From contig VEND01000051.1 of the NCBI GenBank assembly GCA_009711765.1, positions 3,972 through 67,971 of the forward strand: DNA of 64,000 nt, written 5' to 3'. Position numbers and translations under genes: made by a program. Below, one piece after another: positions 1-10,080 of this stretch (the stretch's first letter is position 1; every line of letters starts with the position of its first letter). The notes beneath the pieces are model-generated. The model made no database searches. It saw nothing but the letters and a program-made list of their open reading frames with translations, and was not told where the DNA came from. The stretch is from Bacillota bacterium. Its GTDB lineage: Bacteria; Bacillota; Clostridia; Tissierellales; MES13.

Positions 1-2
1 AC

Positions 3-1832
3 ACAACAAATAATTATTGGCCTAGGTCTAATGTTAGAACATGGTTAAATTCTAATAAGGTAAAAGTCAATTATTATCATAGAGAAGAAAATAATAACTT
101 TTTTAATTTTAATGATTATGAAAATCAAGCAGGTTTTTTAAAAGAATTTACAAATAAGGAAATGGATCTTATTACGCCTATAAACCATAAGGTTTTACTT
201 TCAAATAATAATATAGAAACTAAGTATGGAGGCAATGAAGGTCATATATATAATGATAGTTTAAAAGAAGCCATAGCAAATTATAAACGGTCATACTTTC
301 AAATAGTTAAAGATAAAGTATTTTTATTATCTGTAAAAGAAGTAAATGAATTGTTAAATAATACAGATATCGGAATATATGCAGATTTATCAGAGGATAT
401 TAAATCAAAGTTTAGAGGAAATTTAAAAGAAGAATTTATGGCTTATTGGTTAAGGACCCCTACATTTAACAGTAAACGAGGGGTTAGATGTGTTCGTTTA
501 GATGAAATAGCAATTAATAATTGTGATTTTAGTCTAAACGGAATAAGGCCTGCTCTTTATATAAAAAATGAAGCTTTATATCAGGGTGAGGGAACTAAGG
601 ATAATCCCTACGGGATAGAAGGTTTAAATGATAAAAAAAATTATAAAAGTTTTGTTGAAAGAATATTTTTATTAAATATATTAGCAGCTATATATCTATA
701 TATATTTAAAAGGGTTAATGTATTAGATATAAAATTAGACAAATTCAAAAGTGGAATAGTTTTTATTTTGTCTATTATAACTTTTTCATTATTTATGTAT
801 AATAATAATTTTATGCTAAGTATAAATTTTATTGTTTTATTACTTATATTCAGTAAAGTATATGGATGTGATTGGATAAAGGTTATTATATCTTTATTAT
901 TTGTAAGCGTAATTCTTTTATTAGGTAATCTTTATTCTATAAAAATATTAGATTTATTGTATAATGTTAGTCCTAATGGTTATGATAGAACAGGCTTTTT
1001 ATCAAAAGTTACCAAAAACATACTACTATTGCAGTTTTCCTATATATTTACAGAGTTAATAGATAATACCGTAAAAAAGATTAAAAAAAGATTAGATAAA
1101 CAAAGCAATAAGGGAAGATTGATGAGTTTATTTTATATAATAGGAATAACTTTACCCTTGATATTAAGTAGATATATCTATAATTTAGTTATTAAAAGTA
1201 CCGGTACATATATTAATGAGAGATTCTATTATGTAGGAATGTTTTTAATAATTATGATGGTCAGTTTACTTAGTTTTTCTTTTATATTAATGTTTGTTCA
1301 TTTTCTATATAAAGATAAGCAAATATATAATTTAAGTAAAATAGCAAAGAAAGATGATATGACTGGTGCACTTAATAGAAGGGAAGGCTTAAGAGTACTT
1401 AAAGAAATGATTAAAGAAGCTAAAATAAAAAATAAGGATTTAACAGTTTGTTTTGTAGATATCGATAATCTAAAATATGTTAATGATAATTTAGGTCATA
1501 AAGAGGGCGATAGTTTAATATCTAATGTGTCTGATATTATTATTAATAAGTTAAGAAAATCTGATGTTTTATGTAGATTAGGTGGAGATGAATTTTTATT
1601 GATAATGGATAATTGTAACACTTTAAAGGCAAAGAAGGTTTTAAATAGAATTAATTTAGAAATAGATAAATTTAACGATTTTGAAGGAAAAAATTATAAA
1701 ACAGGATTAAGTTATGGATTTGCAGAACTAAAGGAAAGTATTAATATAGATGAGCTTATAGAATTAGCAGATAAAGAAATGTATAAAAATAAAAAATTAA
1801 ATAAGGCTATATACACTAAAAACCGTAATTGA
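3..1832 (+). CDS. Membrane diguanylate cyclase, 5'-truncated by the window edge: DUF6273-like extracytoplasmic domain, multi-TM region, GGDEF domain
   Basis: The frame is open from nt 3 (TTNNYWPRSNVRTWLNS...), so the ORF-track Met at 162 is internal. N-part carries RTWLN, AYWLRTP and NGIRPALYI motifs typical of DUF6273-type domains. The middle is long and hydrophobic. The C-terminus has the GGDEF signature (CRLGGDEFLL) and FVDIDNLKYVND. Confidence 0.8.
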   Translation, partial: TTNNYWPRSNVRTWLNSNKVKVNYYHREENNNFFNFNDYENQAGFLKEFTNKEMDLITPINHKVLLSNNNIETKYGGNEGHIYNDSLKEAIANYKRSYFQIVKDKVFLLSVKEVNELLNNTDIGIYADLSEDIKSKFRGNLKEEFMAYWLRTPTFNSKRGVRCVRLDEIAINNCDFSLNGIRPALYIKNEALYQGEGTKDNPYGIEGLNDKKNYKSFVERIFLLNILAAIYLYIFKRVNVLDIKLDKFKSGIVFILSIITFSLFMYNNNFMLSINFIVLLLIFSKVYGCDWIKVIISLLFVSVILLLGNLYSIKILDLLYNVSPNGYDRTGFLSKVTKNILLLQFSYIFTELIDNTVKKIKKRLDKQSNKGRLMSLFYIIGITLPLILSRYIYNLVIKSTGTYINERFYYVGMFLIIMMVSLLSFSFILMFVHFLYKDKQIYNLSKIAKKDDMTGALNRREGLRVLKEMIKEAKIKNKDLTVCFVDIDNLKYVNDNLGHKEGDSLISNVSDIIINKLRKSDVLCRLGGDEFLLIMDNCNTLKAKKVLNRINLEIDKFNDFEGKNYKTGLSYGFAELKESINIDELIELADKEMYKNKKLNKAIYTKNRN

Positions 1833-1846
1833 TAATTACGGTTTTT
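1818..1846. terminator. Bidirectional intrinsic terminator between convergent c-di-GMP genes
   Basis: aaaaaccgtaatt-gata-attacggttttt: a perfect stem flanked by an A-run and a T-run. It overlaps the stop codons of both genes. Confidence 0.7.
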
Positions 1847-3608
1847 AGTTTGCCACTTTTGTTATGTGGTAACTACTCTTTTGCCTTCTTTTAGCCTCTT
1901 TTTTTAATTTAGACATATATTTAGCTAGGGAATCTTCTGACTTAAACTTTTTAATGTTTCCATATAATCCTACTATTGATATAGAGGTTAAATTAAATAT
2001 TTTTTCACATCCAAATCTATCCTTAGATTTTAAATATCTATTATTTTTATCCTGTTCATTAAAAAAATCTAAAATTTTTTCATCAAATTCATTTATGATA
2101 TTTTTACTTAGTTTCTTACAATCCTCATAGGGGCTATCAATTAAACAAACAAAATCATCCCCTCCAACATGACCTACAAAGCTATTAAATGGACATATAG
2201 ACTTTACATTTTCTTTAATGATTTTAGCTGTCAGTTTTATTATTTTATCGCCATTTTCAAAACCATATATGTCATTATAGATTTTAAAATTATCAAGATC
2301 AAGATAAAAAAGACAAGCTGATTCGCTATAAGTAACTGCATCTTTTAAAACTCTATTAATAATCACATTACCAGGTAAAGAGGTGAGAGGATTAAGTTCT
2401 CTAGCATAATTTTTTTCAACAGCGGTTGTATATTGAAGAAGTTTCTTTATAGAAACTAGACCAAAATACTTTGCCCCCTTAGTAATTATTATATTATCAT
2501 AGGTTTTTTTATGGGGTCTTGTTAGGGCATTTTTAGCTACTTTTTTTATTGGAGTATAATAATCAACAATTAATGGTGACTTATCCATTAATAAAGATAT
2601 AGGACGCTTTGAATATACTGCATATCCAAACTGTTTTGCCATTGCAGAAAAAAGATTATGTTTCATTATTAATCCCACAGGATATTCATTTTCTATTATA
2701 CATATGCCCTCAGTAAGGTTATTGTCAAAATATTTTTTTATATCTTTACAATGGGTATTAGAAGGGAAGGTTTTATTAGCTTCTACTACATTGCCTATGT
2801 AGTGATAATCTTCATTATAGTTTAGTATATTACTTGCTAGTCTATTACAACTTCTAATAATTGCTTTTTTATTTTCTGATATTTCTAAAAAAGTACCAGC
2901 AGGTCTTTGTAAGAAATACCCTTGCCCTGCATATACTCCTAATCTTATAATTGTTTGAAGTTCTTCTTTAGTTTCTATACCTTCAGCAATAAGTAAAGTA
3001 TCAGTACTTATGGATAAATCTACGAAGGCTTTTATTAAAGCTTGTTTAAAAATATCTTTATCAATATCTCTAATTAAATCCATATCAAGTTTTATATAGT
3101 GAGGTTTGGTTTCACTAATAGTTTTTAATCCAGAATAACCTGCTCCTGCATCGTCTAGAGCTATTTTATATCCTTGATTAATATAGTTATCTAATATTTT
3201 AGTAAAGCTTTTATAATCTTTGATAGCTGTTCTTTCAGTAATTTCAAATATTATAGACTCAGGGGATATATTATTTTTTTTAAGAAATTCTTTAGTAAAT
3301 CCCTTTTTGAAATTACTATCTTTTATTATATTAGGATCTACATTTATAAAAAGTAGTTTGTTTTTATTTATAGATTTTGCTTTTTCTATTGCTTTTTTTC
3401 TAAAAAGTAGTTCTAAATCCCAAAGTTTATTTAATTTATTAGCAATTTTAAGTAATTCTAAGGGGGATTTAAGCTTAGAATTCTTTGGACCTCTACTTAA
3501 AGATTCATATCCAATAACTTTACCATTAGTTAAATTAACAATTGGTTGAAAAAGTGTTGTGATATTTTCATTTTCTAATATATTATAAAATTCTTTTTCA
3601 TATCCCAT
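1845..3608 (-). CDS. EAL phosphodiesterase, CBS-pair-like region, degenerate GGDEF (GGDDF) protein
   Basis: EAL motifs are present (QPIVNL..GYESLSRG, FEITER, DDAGAGYSGL, AEGIET). The central region is CBS-like. The C-terminal GGDEF fold has HVGGDDFVC. Start moved to ATG 3608 because it is preceded by AGGAGGTG; the track Met at 3650 has no SD. Confidence 0.85.
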   Translation of the reverse strand: MGYEKEFYNILENENITTLFQPIVNLTNGKVIGYESLSRGPKNSKLKSPLELLKIANKLNKLWDLELLFRKKAIEKAKSINKNKLLFINVDPNIIKDSNFKKGFTKEFLKKNNISPESIIFEITERTAIKDYKSFTKILDNYINQGYKIALDDAGAGYSGLKTISETKPHYIKLDMDLIRDIDKDIFKQALIKAFVDLSISTDTLLIAEGIETKEELQTIIRLGVYAGQGYFLQRPAGTFLEISENKKAIIRSCNRLASNILNYNEDYHYIGNVVEANKTFPSNTHCKDIKKYFDNNLTEGICIIENEYPVGLIMKHNLFSAMAKQFGYAVYSKRPISLLMDKSPLIVDYYTPIKKVAKNALTRPHKKTYDNIIITKGAKYFGLVSIKKLLQYTTAVEKNYARELNPLTSLPGNVIINRVLKDAVTYSESACLFYLDLDNFKIYNDIYGFENGDKIIKLTAKIIKENVKSICPFNSFVGHVGGDDFVCLIDSPYEDCKKLSKNIINEFDEKILDFFNEQDKNNRYLKSKDRFGCEKIFNLTSISIVGLYGNIKKFKSEDSLAKYMSKLKKEAKRRQKSSYHITKVAN

Positions 3609-3855
3609 AGATTCACCTCCTAAGTGAAAAGGATATATCCTTATTAACAATTTATATAAAGTAAATTATATCCAAATTGATTTTAGGTTAATTCTTAGTT
3701 AAATATGTTAAAATAAAAAGCACTAAAAACAAAAAACATAATTAAACATATATATAGAAAATAAAAGAAATTATAGAAGAAGGATACTCGTTAATTTAGC
3801 ATTATTTTTTCATTTTATGATATAATTTCAATATAAAAAATTAAGGGGGATAAAT

Positions 3856-4923
3856 ATGTTAAGTATAGAAGAAATGAAGTCTTTTTTATTGCATGATGAA
3901 GGATTAATAAGAAGGTATGCAGCGAAATATTTAGTTAGGACTCAAACTAAGGATGAGAATATTATGCCTTTATTTATAAAAGCCTATAGAAAAGAAAAGG
4001 ATGTAATGTTTAGAGGCTATATAGCCATGCAGATGGAAAATTTATCTATGAATAGTGAAACTGTTAATAGGATATATAGATTAGCAAAAAATGTAGCTAA
4101 GGATAGGCATCATTTTGAAAGGGCACTTGCCTATGCCGATGTAAATATAATTAAATCTTCAACTAAAAAAATAAGACTTTCAATTAAAGAATATAAAGAT
4201 ATACTTAAATATAGAATGGAAATCTCTCAAAAGGATACTACTACTTTATTAGAAGAATTTAATAACTTAAAGGAAATAGCTAAAAATAACTATGAGGAAT
4301 TTGACTTTGAAAAGGTTAAGATATTATCTAAAGAATTAAGTAATCGTAGTGATTTACCTATGGAAAAAATCCATAAATGGTTTGAAAAATATTCATGGAA
4401 AAACCCTGATTTTGATGAAGTATTTATGTGTCTTATAGCAGGGGATTTAAAGCTTGTTGAATATGTAGATTTATTACTTAAATCCTTAAGAATAGATTGG
4501 GATTATATAAATGAAGAAGGTATGTATGCCCTTGTAAAGATGCAATCACCATTAGTTGTTGAAAAAATAGATAAGATGTTTTTAAAAGAGAATAAAGGAT
4601 TTCAATGCTATGCATCAACTGTATTAGGGGATACTAAAACACCTAAGTCAGAAGATATATTAGTTAGTTTGTTAAAAAAAGCAAATACTAAATTCCTTAA
4701 TACACAGTTAATATTTGCACTTTGTGATTTAGGAAGTGAAAAGGCAATTAAACTTGGAGAAAAGTTACTTCCAAATGGATATGATGATTCCTTTGATTCC
4801 CTAGAAGAAAATTTATATATAGTAAGTGTTATAAACGATATAGACCATCCTAATTTAAATGATTGGAAAGCTATAGCTTATGAAAATGAAAAAAGAATTA
4901 GAAGTATTAGAGAAGAGATATAA
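3856..4923 (+). CDS. Hypothetical protein (helical-repeat-like)
   Basis: 355-aa ORF with a GGGGGA SD 6 nt upstream and a TGaTATAAT promoter-like box upstream. No family recognised. Confidence 0.6.
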   Translation: MLSIEEMKSFLLHDEGLIRRYAAKYLVRTQTKDENIMPLFIKAYRKEKDVMFRGYIAMQMENLSMNSETVNRIYRLAKNVAKDRHHFERALAYADVNIIKSSTKKIRLSIKEYKDILKYRMEISQKDTTTLLEEFNNLKEIAKNNYEEFDFEKVKILSKELSNRSDLPMEKIHKWFEKYSWKNPDFDEVFMCLIAGDLKLVEYVDLLLKSLRIDWDYINEEGMYALVKMQSPLVVEKIDKMFLKENKGFQCYASTVLGDTKTPKSEDILVSLLKKANTKFLNTQLIFALCDLGSEKAIKLGEKLLPNGYDDSFDSLEENLYIVSVINDIDHPNLNDWKAIAYENEKRIRSIREEI

Positions 4924-4929
4924 ATATTT

Positions 4930-4953
4930 AATAAGGAGCTTAAGCTCCTTATT
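4930..4953. terminator. Palindromic hairpin, bidirectional terminator candidate
   Basis: aataaggagcttaagctccttatt is a perfect 24-nt palindrome directly after the stop at 4923. Confidence 0.6.
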
Positions 4954-5161
4954 AATCCTTTAATTTCTTTTCTATTTTTTTTATGGTAACTTCTAATTCA
5001 TTTTGTTTTTTTATAAAATTTTTCAAAAATAAAACTAGCGTTACTATGCCAAATATAAGTAATACTAATACGGTTGTATTAATTGGTTGAAAAACAGAAA
5101 ACATATTTGTAAATGCACTCAAAGAAATCCCCCCTAAAGCTTCAATGTAATTATATAGCAT
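4952..5161 (-). CDS. Small hypothetical membrane protein
   Basis: 69 aa with one clear TM helix and a charged C-tail. No convincing SD was found, so it may be spurious. Confidence 0.35.
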   Translation of the reverse strand: MLYNYIEALGGISLSAFTNMFSVFQPINTTVLVLLIFGIVTLVLFLKNFIKKQNELEVTIKKIEKKLKD

Positions 5162-5303
5162 ATATTACAAAATATAAACCCATTTGTAATAAATAGTATA
5201 AGATAAATATGTAATATACTTTTAACATCCATAAAAAGGATTTATAATAGTACATATGGTAGAATATATATAGTAATTATTTATAAAGAAAGAAGGTTTT
5301 TTT

Positions 5304-6473
5304 ATGTCAGATAATATTCATCGATTAAATTTAGACGGAAAAGAAATTATACTTATTGGAACTGCCCATGTTTCAAAACATTCTGAAGTAGAAGTAAAGG
5401 AAGTTATAGAGGCTGAAAGACCGGATTCTGTTTGCGTTGAATTAGATAAAGGAAGATACAATTCAGTTGTTCAAGGGAGCAAGTGGAAAGATATGGATAT
5501 AATAAAAATAATAAAGGAAAAAAAGGCTCCTTTATTACTAGTTAATTTGGTTATGTCATCCTTTCAAAAGAGAATAGCCAAACAATTTGGTATAAATCCA
5601 GGTGCTGAGATGGTACAGGGTATAAATTCTAGTAAAGAGGTAGATGCTAAGTTAGTACTTGCAGATAGAAACATACAAACAACCTTTTCAAGAATATGGA
5701 GGAATGTAGGTTTTATAGGTAAGGGTAAGCTTTTATTGCAACTTATTTTTTCTATATTTAATAATGAAGAGATATCAGAAGAGGAATTAGAGGAACTTAA
5801 ATCTAAGGATATGCTAACATCTGCATTAAATGAATTATCCGATTCATTTCCAGAATTAAAAACAACCCTTATAGATGAGAGAGATAAATACTTATCCCAT
5901 AAGATAAAAAATGCTCCAGGAGAAAAGGTTGTAGCAGTCTTAGGAGCAGGACATGTACCAGGAATACTTAAAGAGATACACAATAAACAGGATATGAAAA
6001 GTCTAAATTATATACCACCGAAATCTAAAATAACTAAAATGTTAAAATGGGCAATACCATTAATTATTTTATTTGTTATTGCTTCAACCTTTTATGTTAA
6101 CAGATCATCTGGAATGGATCAGACTTTAAGTTGGGTATTATGGAATGGAGCATTATCATCAGTTGGAGCTATATTAGCCCTAGGACATCCTTTTACAATA
6201 GCTACAGCCTTTTTAGTAGCTCCCTTAAGTTCATTAAACCCAGCAGTTGCCGCAGGGTGGTTTGCAGGGTTAGTTGAAACTTTTATGAGAAAACCCAATG
6301 TAGCTGATTTTGAAAGCCTTTCTGATGATGTATTTTCTGTAAAGGGCTTTTGGAGAAATAAGGTAACAAGAATACTTTTAGTTGTTGTATTAACTAATAT
6401 AGGAAGTAGTATAGGTACAGCAATAGGTGGAGCTGATGTGATAAGATTATTTGTAAAAACATTTTGGGGGTAG
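5304..6473 (+). CDS. TraB/GumN family protein
   Basis: ILIGTAHVS, CVELD..R and LGAGHV motifs, with C-terminal TM helices, as in TraB (pheromone shutdown-like) family proteins. Confidence 0.8.
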   Translation: MSDNIHRLNLDGKEIILIGTAHVSKHSEVEVKEVIEAERPDSVCVELDKGRYNSVVQGSKWKDMDIIKIIKEKKAPLLLVNLVMSSFQKRIAKQFGINPGAEMVQGINSSKEVDAKLVLADRNIQTTFSRIWRNVGFIGKGKLLLQLIFSIFNNEEISEEELEELKSKDMLTSALNELSDSFPELKTTLIDERDKYLSHKIKNAPGEKVVAVLGAGHVPGILKEIHNKQDMKSLNYIPPKSKITKMLKWAIPLIILFVIASTFYVNRSSGMDQTLSWVLWNGALSSVGAILALGHPFTIATAFLVAPLSSLNPAVAAGWFAGLVETFMRKPNVADFESLSDDVFSVKGFWRNKVTRILLVVVLTNIGSSIGTAIGGADVIRLFVKTFWG

Positions 6474-6561
6474 AATTTATTAAAAACTTTGTTATAATTT
6501 AATATAGTAAATTAAAAGAGTGGATTTTATCCATTCTTTTTTTATAAATGGAGGGATAAAT

Positions 6562-8178
6562 ATGAGTGATTATATATTTGGACATAAAAATCCTGATACT
6601 GATTCTATTACTTCGGCTATAGCATTATCAAAGCTTAAAAACAAATTAGGTCATGATACAGTTGCCTGTAGATTAGGAGATATAAACAAAGAGACTAAGT
6701 ATGTATTAAATCATTTTAAAGTAGATAAACCAATATTTATTGAAAATGTAAAAACTCAAATCAAGGATTTAAACTATGATGAGGTAATGAGTATAGACCC
6801 AAAGCATAGTATCCTTTATGCCTATAAACTTATGGAGGAGAAAAAGATAAGAACTTTACCTATAGTTAAGGATAATAAACTTATTGGTATTGTGACAATG
6901 AAGGATATAGCAATGGGGCTAATAAATGGGAATTATTACAAGCTAAAAACAGGACTTACCGATATGGCTAGTGATTTAAAGGGAAAGGTTCTAGTCAAAA
7001 GTGAAGATGAAATAGAGGGAAGGATCTATGTAATATCTTACTTTTATAAAACAATTAAAAAGGATAAATTCCTAGATGAAAATAGCATAATTATAGTTGG
7101 AGATAGATACGATATTATTAAACATGCAATTGATTCTAAGGTTAAGTTAATTATTATAACAGGAGATAATGATTTACCTGAGAAATATTTAAAAAAGGCA
7201 GCGAAAAATAATGTGAATATTATATCTGTAAATATGGATACCTATACAACAAGTAAATTGATAAATCAATGTAATTATATATCATCTATCATGAAGGATA
7301 ATAATATAGTTAAGTTTTATGAAGGTGAGTATTTAGACGATATAAGGGAAAAAATTATTACTAATAAACATTCTTATTACCCTGTAGTGACTAAGGATAA
7401 TAAATATCTAGGATTTATGAGTAGAAGACATATGCTAAAGCCTAATAAAAAGAAGGTTTATTTAGTTGACCATAACGAATATACACAAAGTGCTTTGGGA
7501 TTAGAAGAAGCTGAGATTTTAGAGATAATAGACCATCATAAATTAGGAGATATAAAAACAGATACACCAATAAATTTTAGAAATAATCCAGTAGGAAGCA
7601 CATGTACAATACTTTATAATATGTATAGAGAATTAAATATAGATATTGATTATAGGATTGCAGGTTTATTAATATCTGGAATTATTTCAGATACTTTACT
7701 TCTTAAGTCTCCTACAACAACTTTTTATGATAAAAATGCAGTAAATGAACTAAATAAAATTTTAAATCTTGATATTGAAAAGTATGCAATGGATATGTTT
7801 AAAGCGGGTACTTCCTTAGAAGGACAAAGTATAGATGAAATATTTTATAAAGATTTTAAAGAATTTAATATTAATGGAAATAAAATAGGTATAGGTCAAG
7901 TTTTTACCCTCGACATAGAAGATGTATTTAATAGAAAAGAAAAATTTATTGAATTTATTAAAAAAATTCAACAGGATAAAGATTATGAAGTAACTTTACT
8001 ATTAATTACAGATATAATGAAAGAAGGGTCCTATTTAATATATAAATGCGTCAAGGAAGGTATAATGGAAACTGCTTTTAACAAAGAAGCTATGCAGGGT
8101 ATGTTTGTTGAAGGGGTTGTATCTAGAAAGAAACAGGTAATACCTAAAATATCAGATGCTTTAAAAATACTTAAATAA
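6562..8178 (+). CDS. CBS-domain-containing family II inorganic pyrophosphatase (DHH, CBS pair, DHHA2)
   Basis: FGHKNPDTDS, VDHNE and IIDHHKLGD DHH motifs, an inserted CBS pair (RTLPIV..GIVTMKDI) and a DHHA2 C-terminus. Start moved to ATG 6562, behind GGAGGG. Confidence 0.85.
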   Translation: MSDYIFGHKNPDTDSITSAIALSKLKNKLGHDTVACRLGDINKETKYVLNHFKVDKPIFIENVKTQIKDLNYDEVMSIDPKHSILYAYKLMEEKKIRTLPIVKDNKLIGIVTMKDIAMGLINGNYYKLKTGLTDMASDLKGKVLVKSEDEIEGRIYVISYFYKTIKKDKFLDENSIIIVGDRYDIIKHAIDSKVKLIIITGDNDLPEKYLKKAAKNNVNIISVNMDTYTTSKLINQCNYISSIMKDNNIVKFYEGEYLDDIREKIITNKHSYYPVVTKDNKYLGFMSRRHMLKPNKKKVYLVDHNEYTQSALGLEEAEILEIIDHHKLGDIKTDTPINFRNNPVGSTCTILYNMYRELNIDIDYRIAGLLISGIISDTLLLKSPTTTFYDKNAVNELNKILNLDIEKYAMDMFKAGTSLEGQSIDEIFYKDFKEFNINGNKIGIGQVFTLDIEDVFNRKEKFIEFIKKIQQDKDYEVTLLLITDIMKEGSYLIYKCVKEGIMETAFNKEAMQGMFVEGVVSRKKQVIPKISDALKILK

Positions 8179-8204
8179 ACTTTTAAACTGTGTTGAAAGC
8201 TTAA

Positions 8205-8240
8205 TAAAAAAATCCAAGGTATTAGCCTTTGGATTTTTTT
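8205..8240. terminator. Bidirectional intrinsic terminator
   Basis: aaaaaaatccaagg..cctttggattttttt stem flanked by an A-run and a T-run, lying between convergent genes. Confidence 0.7.
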
Positions 8241-8260
8241 ATTTATAAATATTTTTAATT

Positions 8261-8794
8261 TTATATAAGCCATCTTATTAAGATTTTACCTCCAACTATG
8301 GAGCCAAGAAACATGAATAATCCAAAAATCCAACCTGATAAAGAAAGGGAAGCTATACTACTGAAAAAAGCTCCTATATTACAACCTAAGGCAAGTCTTG
8401 CACCATATCCCATTAATAAACCCCCGATTGATGCTAGAATAACCTGTTTTATTGATTTTACTTTTCTAAATTTAAAATGAGATGCAAGTAAGGTTGAAAA
8501 TAAAGCCCCAAATATTAAGCCTAAGTTTCTAAGAGAATATGGATCATTTAATAACCCAAGGTTTAAAGTTTTTTTAGCAGATTCTTTTGAGAAATATTCC
8601 CAGCTTGATACATCTCCTCCTAGGGATTCAAAAATCCAGGCACCTGAATATGCAAATCCAGAAGTAATTCCCCAGGGTTCTTTAGTTACAATTAAAGTAA
8701 TTATTTGGAATAAAGATAGTAAAATAGCACCTGTAATATAAGACCATGAGTTTTTAAACCAAAAGTTATATTTTTTATTATCATTTAAATTCAT
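8261..8794 (-). CDS. YeeE/YedE family sulfur-compound transporter, C-terminal half
   Basis: Multi-TM protein with the LALGCNIGAF motif characteristic of YeeE/YedE (sulphur transport) repeats. Confidence 0.8.
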   Translation of the reverse strand: MNLNDNKKYNFWFKNSWSYITGAILLSLFQIITLIVTKEPWGITSGFAYSGAWIFESLGGDVSSWEYFSKESAKKTLNLGLLNDPYSLRNLGLIFGALFSTLLASHFKFRKVKSIKQVILASIGGLLMGYGARLALGCNIGAFFSSIASLSLSGWIFGLFMFLGSIVGGKILIRWLI

Positions 8795-8815
8795 AAAAAT
8801 CTACCTCACATATCT

Positions 8816-9460
8816 TTAGTATTTACCGGTATTTTTATCTCCCCATTTACTTATAAAAATATAAAGAAGGGCAATAATTGATAGCTGTAGAGCTAGAGCA
8901 CCCAACCATCCGAAAAAATCAGGTAGAAAAATTGTTTTATTACAAGACATTAAAGTATTTTTCCACCAGCCAAAGTCATGGGCTCCTAAAGTTGAACCTA
9001 TTATAAAAAATATAAGTACTATTAATTGTAATTGAAAACCTTCTCCTACTCTCATAAGGGTACCTGAAGAACAACCTCCAGCTAAAACCATACCAATGCC
9101 AAATAAAAAACCTCCTATTACAGTTGCTAAACTTATAGGTGTAATATAATTAAGTCCGATAAGGGGTTCATTATTAATTACTAACCAATATTTTATAATT
9201 GTAAAGCCGATAGTTGTAATAGCCAAGGCAATAAGAACTGCCTTTGTTAAGTCTACTCCACCTATTAAATAAGGATCTCTAAGGGCTGCAACAAAACAAA
9301 ATCTAGACTTTTGTAAAATAAATCCAACAAAAAGGCCGGAGAACCAGAAGAAACTTAAAAGTGGAGAAATAGTAAATAAATATACTGCGAAAAGAATTGC
9401 TAATATAATAACAACGATAGCATAAAACACTTGATTTTTTTTACTTTTCATTTTAAACAC
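8816..9460 (-). CDS. YeeE/YedE family sulfur-compound transporter, N-terminal half
   Basis: Multi-TM protein with KSRFCF and LAGGCSSGTL motifs. It sits 21 nt upstream of the other half. Confidence 0.8.
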   Translation of the reverse strand: MFKMKSKKNQVFYAIVVIILAILFAVYLFTISPLLSFFWFSGLFVGFILQKSRFCFVAALRDPYLIGGVDLTKAVLIALAITTIGFTIIKYWLVINNEPLIGLNYITPISLATVIGGFLFGIGMVLAGGCSSGTLMRVGEGFQLQLIVLIFFIIGSTLGAHDFGWWKNTLMSCNKTIFLPDFFGWLGALALQLSIIALLYIFISKWGDKNTGKY

Positions 9461-9614
9461 CTCTATATTTGCAGGAATAAAAGGGAAAATTATTAAAAGA
9501 TGTAATAAAGTATCCTTTTATTCTAGTTATTATAAAACGGATGCGTTTGAAATATTAAAAAAAGATATATCAAATGTAGAAATCTTTAAATTTTAATACT
9601 AATAAAAGTCTTTA

Positions 9615-9827
9615 CTAAGGTTTAGTAATATATATTTCCCATATGCCGTTTATTACCTCTTCTGAGGTAATTTTATGTTCTTTAAAGTTACTTAGCATAG
9701 ATTCTAAAACACAACTATGATCAGTAACCACTTGAACAGTTTCTTTAGATTTAACTTTTTTTAAAGCTTTTTTAGTTTTTAGAATTGGAATAGGGCACAT
9801 ATCCCCAAGACAATCAATTTTTTTCAT
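9615..9827 (-). CDS. TusA/SirA/YeeD-like sulfurtransferase
   Basis: 70 aa. CLGDMCPIPILKTKKAL contains the CPxP active-site motif of the TusA family. Confidence 0.8.
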   Translation of the reverse strand: MKKIDCLGDMCPIPILKTKKALKKVKSKETVQVVTDHSCVLESMLSNFKEHKITSEEVINGIWEIYITKP

Positions 9828-10080
9828 CGTTAATCACCTTAAGTTTTAATTTATTGTTAAATCAATTATAACATAAAGGGGAAGTTTAAAAAAAGATTTA
9901 AAAAAGAGTTATCCTAGTACAAATTTTACCTTGTCTTTAATATATACCCAAAGTGTGACAAAATAATATAAAAGTTACAGTTTTTAAATATTGTATGTTA
10001 TAATATAATATTATTAAAGAAAGTTATTGAGTAAATACATTTTGATAAATAAGAGGATAATATATAAGGGAGGTACTATT

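Noticed and set aside
3220-3549. 109-aa ORF antisense to the EAL-GGDEF gene. Similar antisense ORFs in the track include 5564-5983, 8031-8273, 8298-8480, 10734-10919, 11161-11367, 11898-12095, 15154-15501, 16429-16659, 17828-18013, 18300-18518, 19442-19711, 20035-20232, 24314-24496, 25840-26091, 30229-30420, 32335-32523, 34831-35028, 35562-35807, 37854-38057, 39866-40075, 40565-40864, 46934-47251, 50306-50614, 51121-51465, 55437-55664 and 62578-62793.
   Set aside because: All lie fully inside, and antisense to, genes with clear family motifs. Their translations are low-complexity (Ile/Leu/Phe/Ser-rich), as expected from the reverse complement of AT-rich coding sequence. No SD sequences were seen.
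6520-6561. Upstream extension of the pyrophosphatase ORF. Similar track starts occur at 3650, 10027, 26224, 28569, 32330, 43344, 48435, 49977, 52588 and 59145.
   Set aside because: In each case a downstream start codon has a properly spaced Shine-Dalgarno sequence and matches the conserved N-terminus of the family. The extensions are read-through of upstream sequence.
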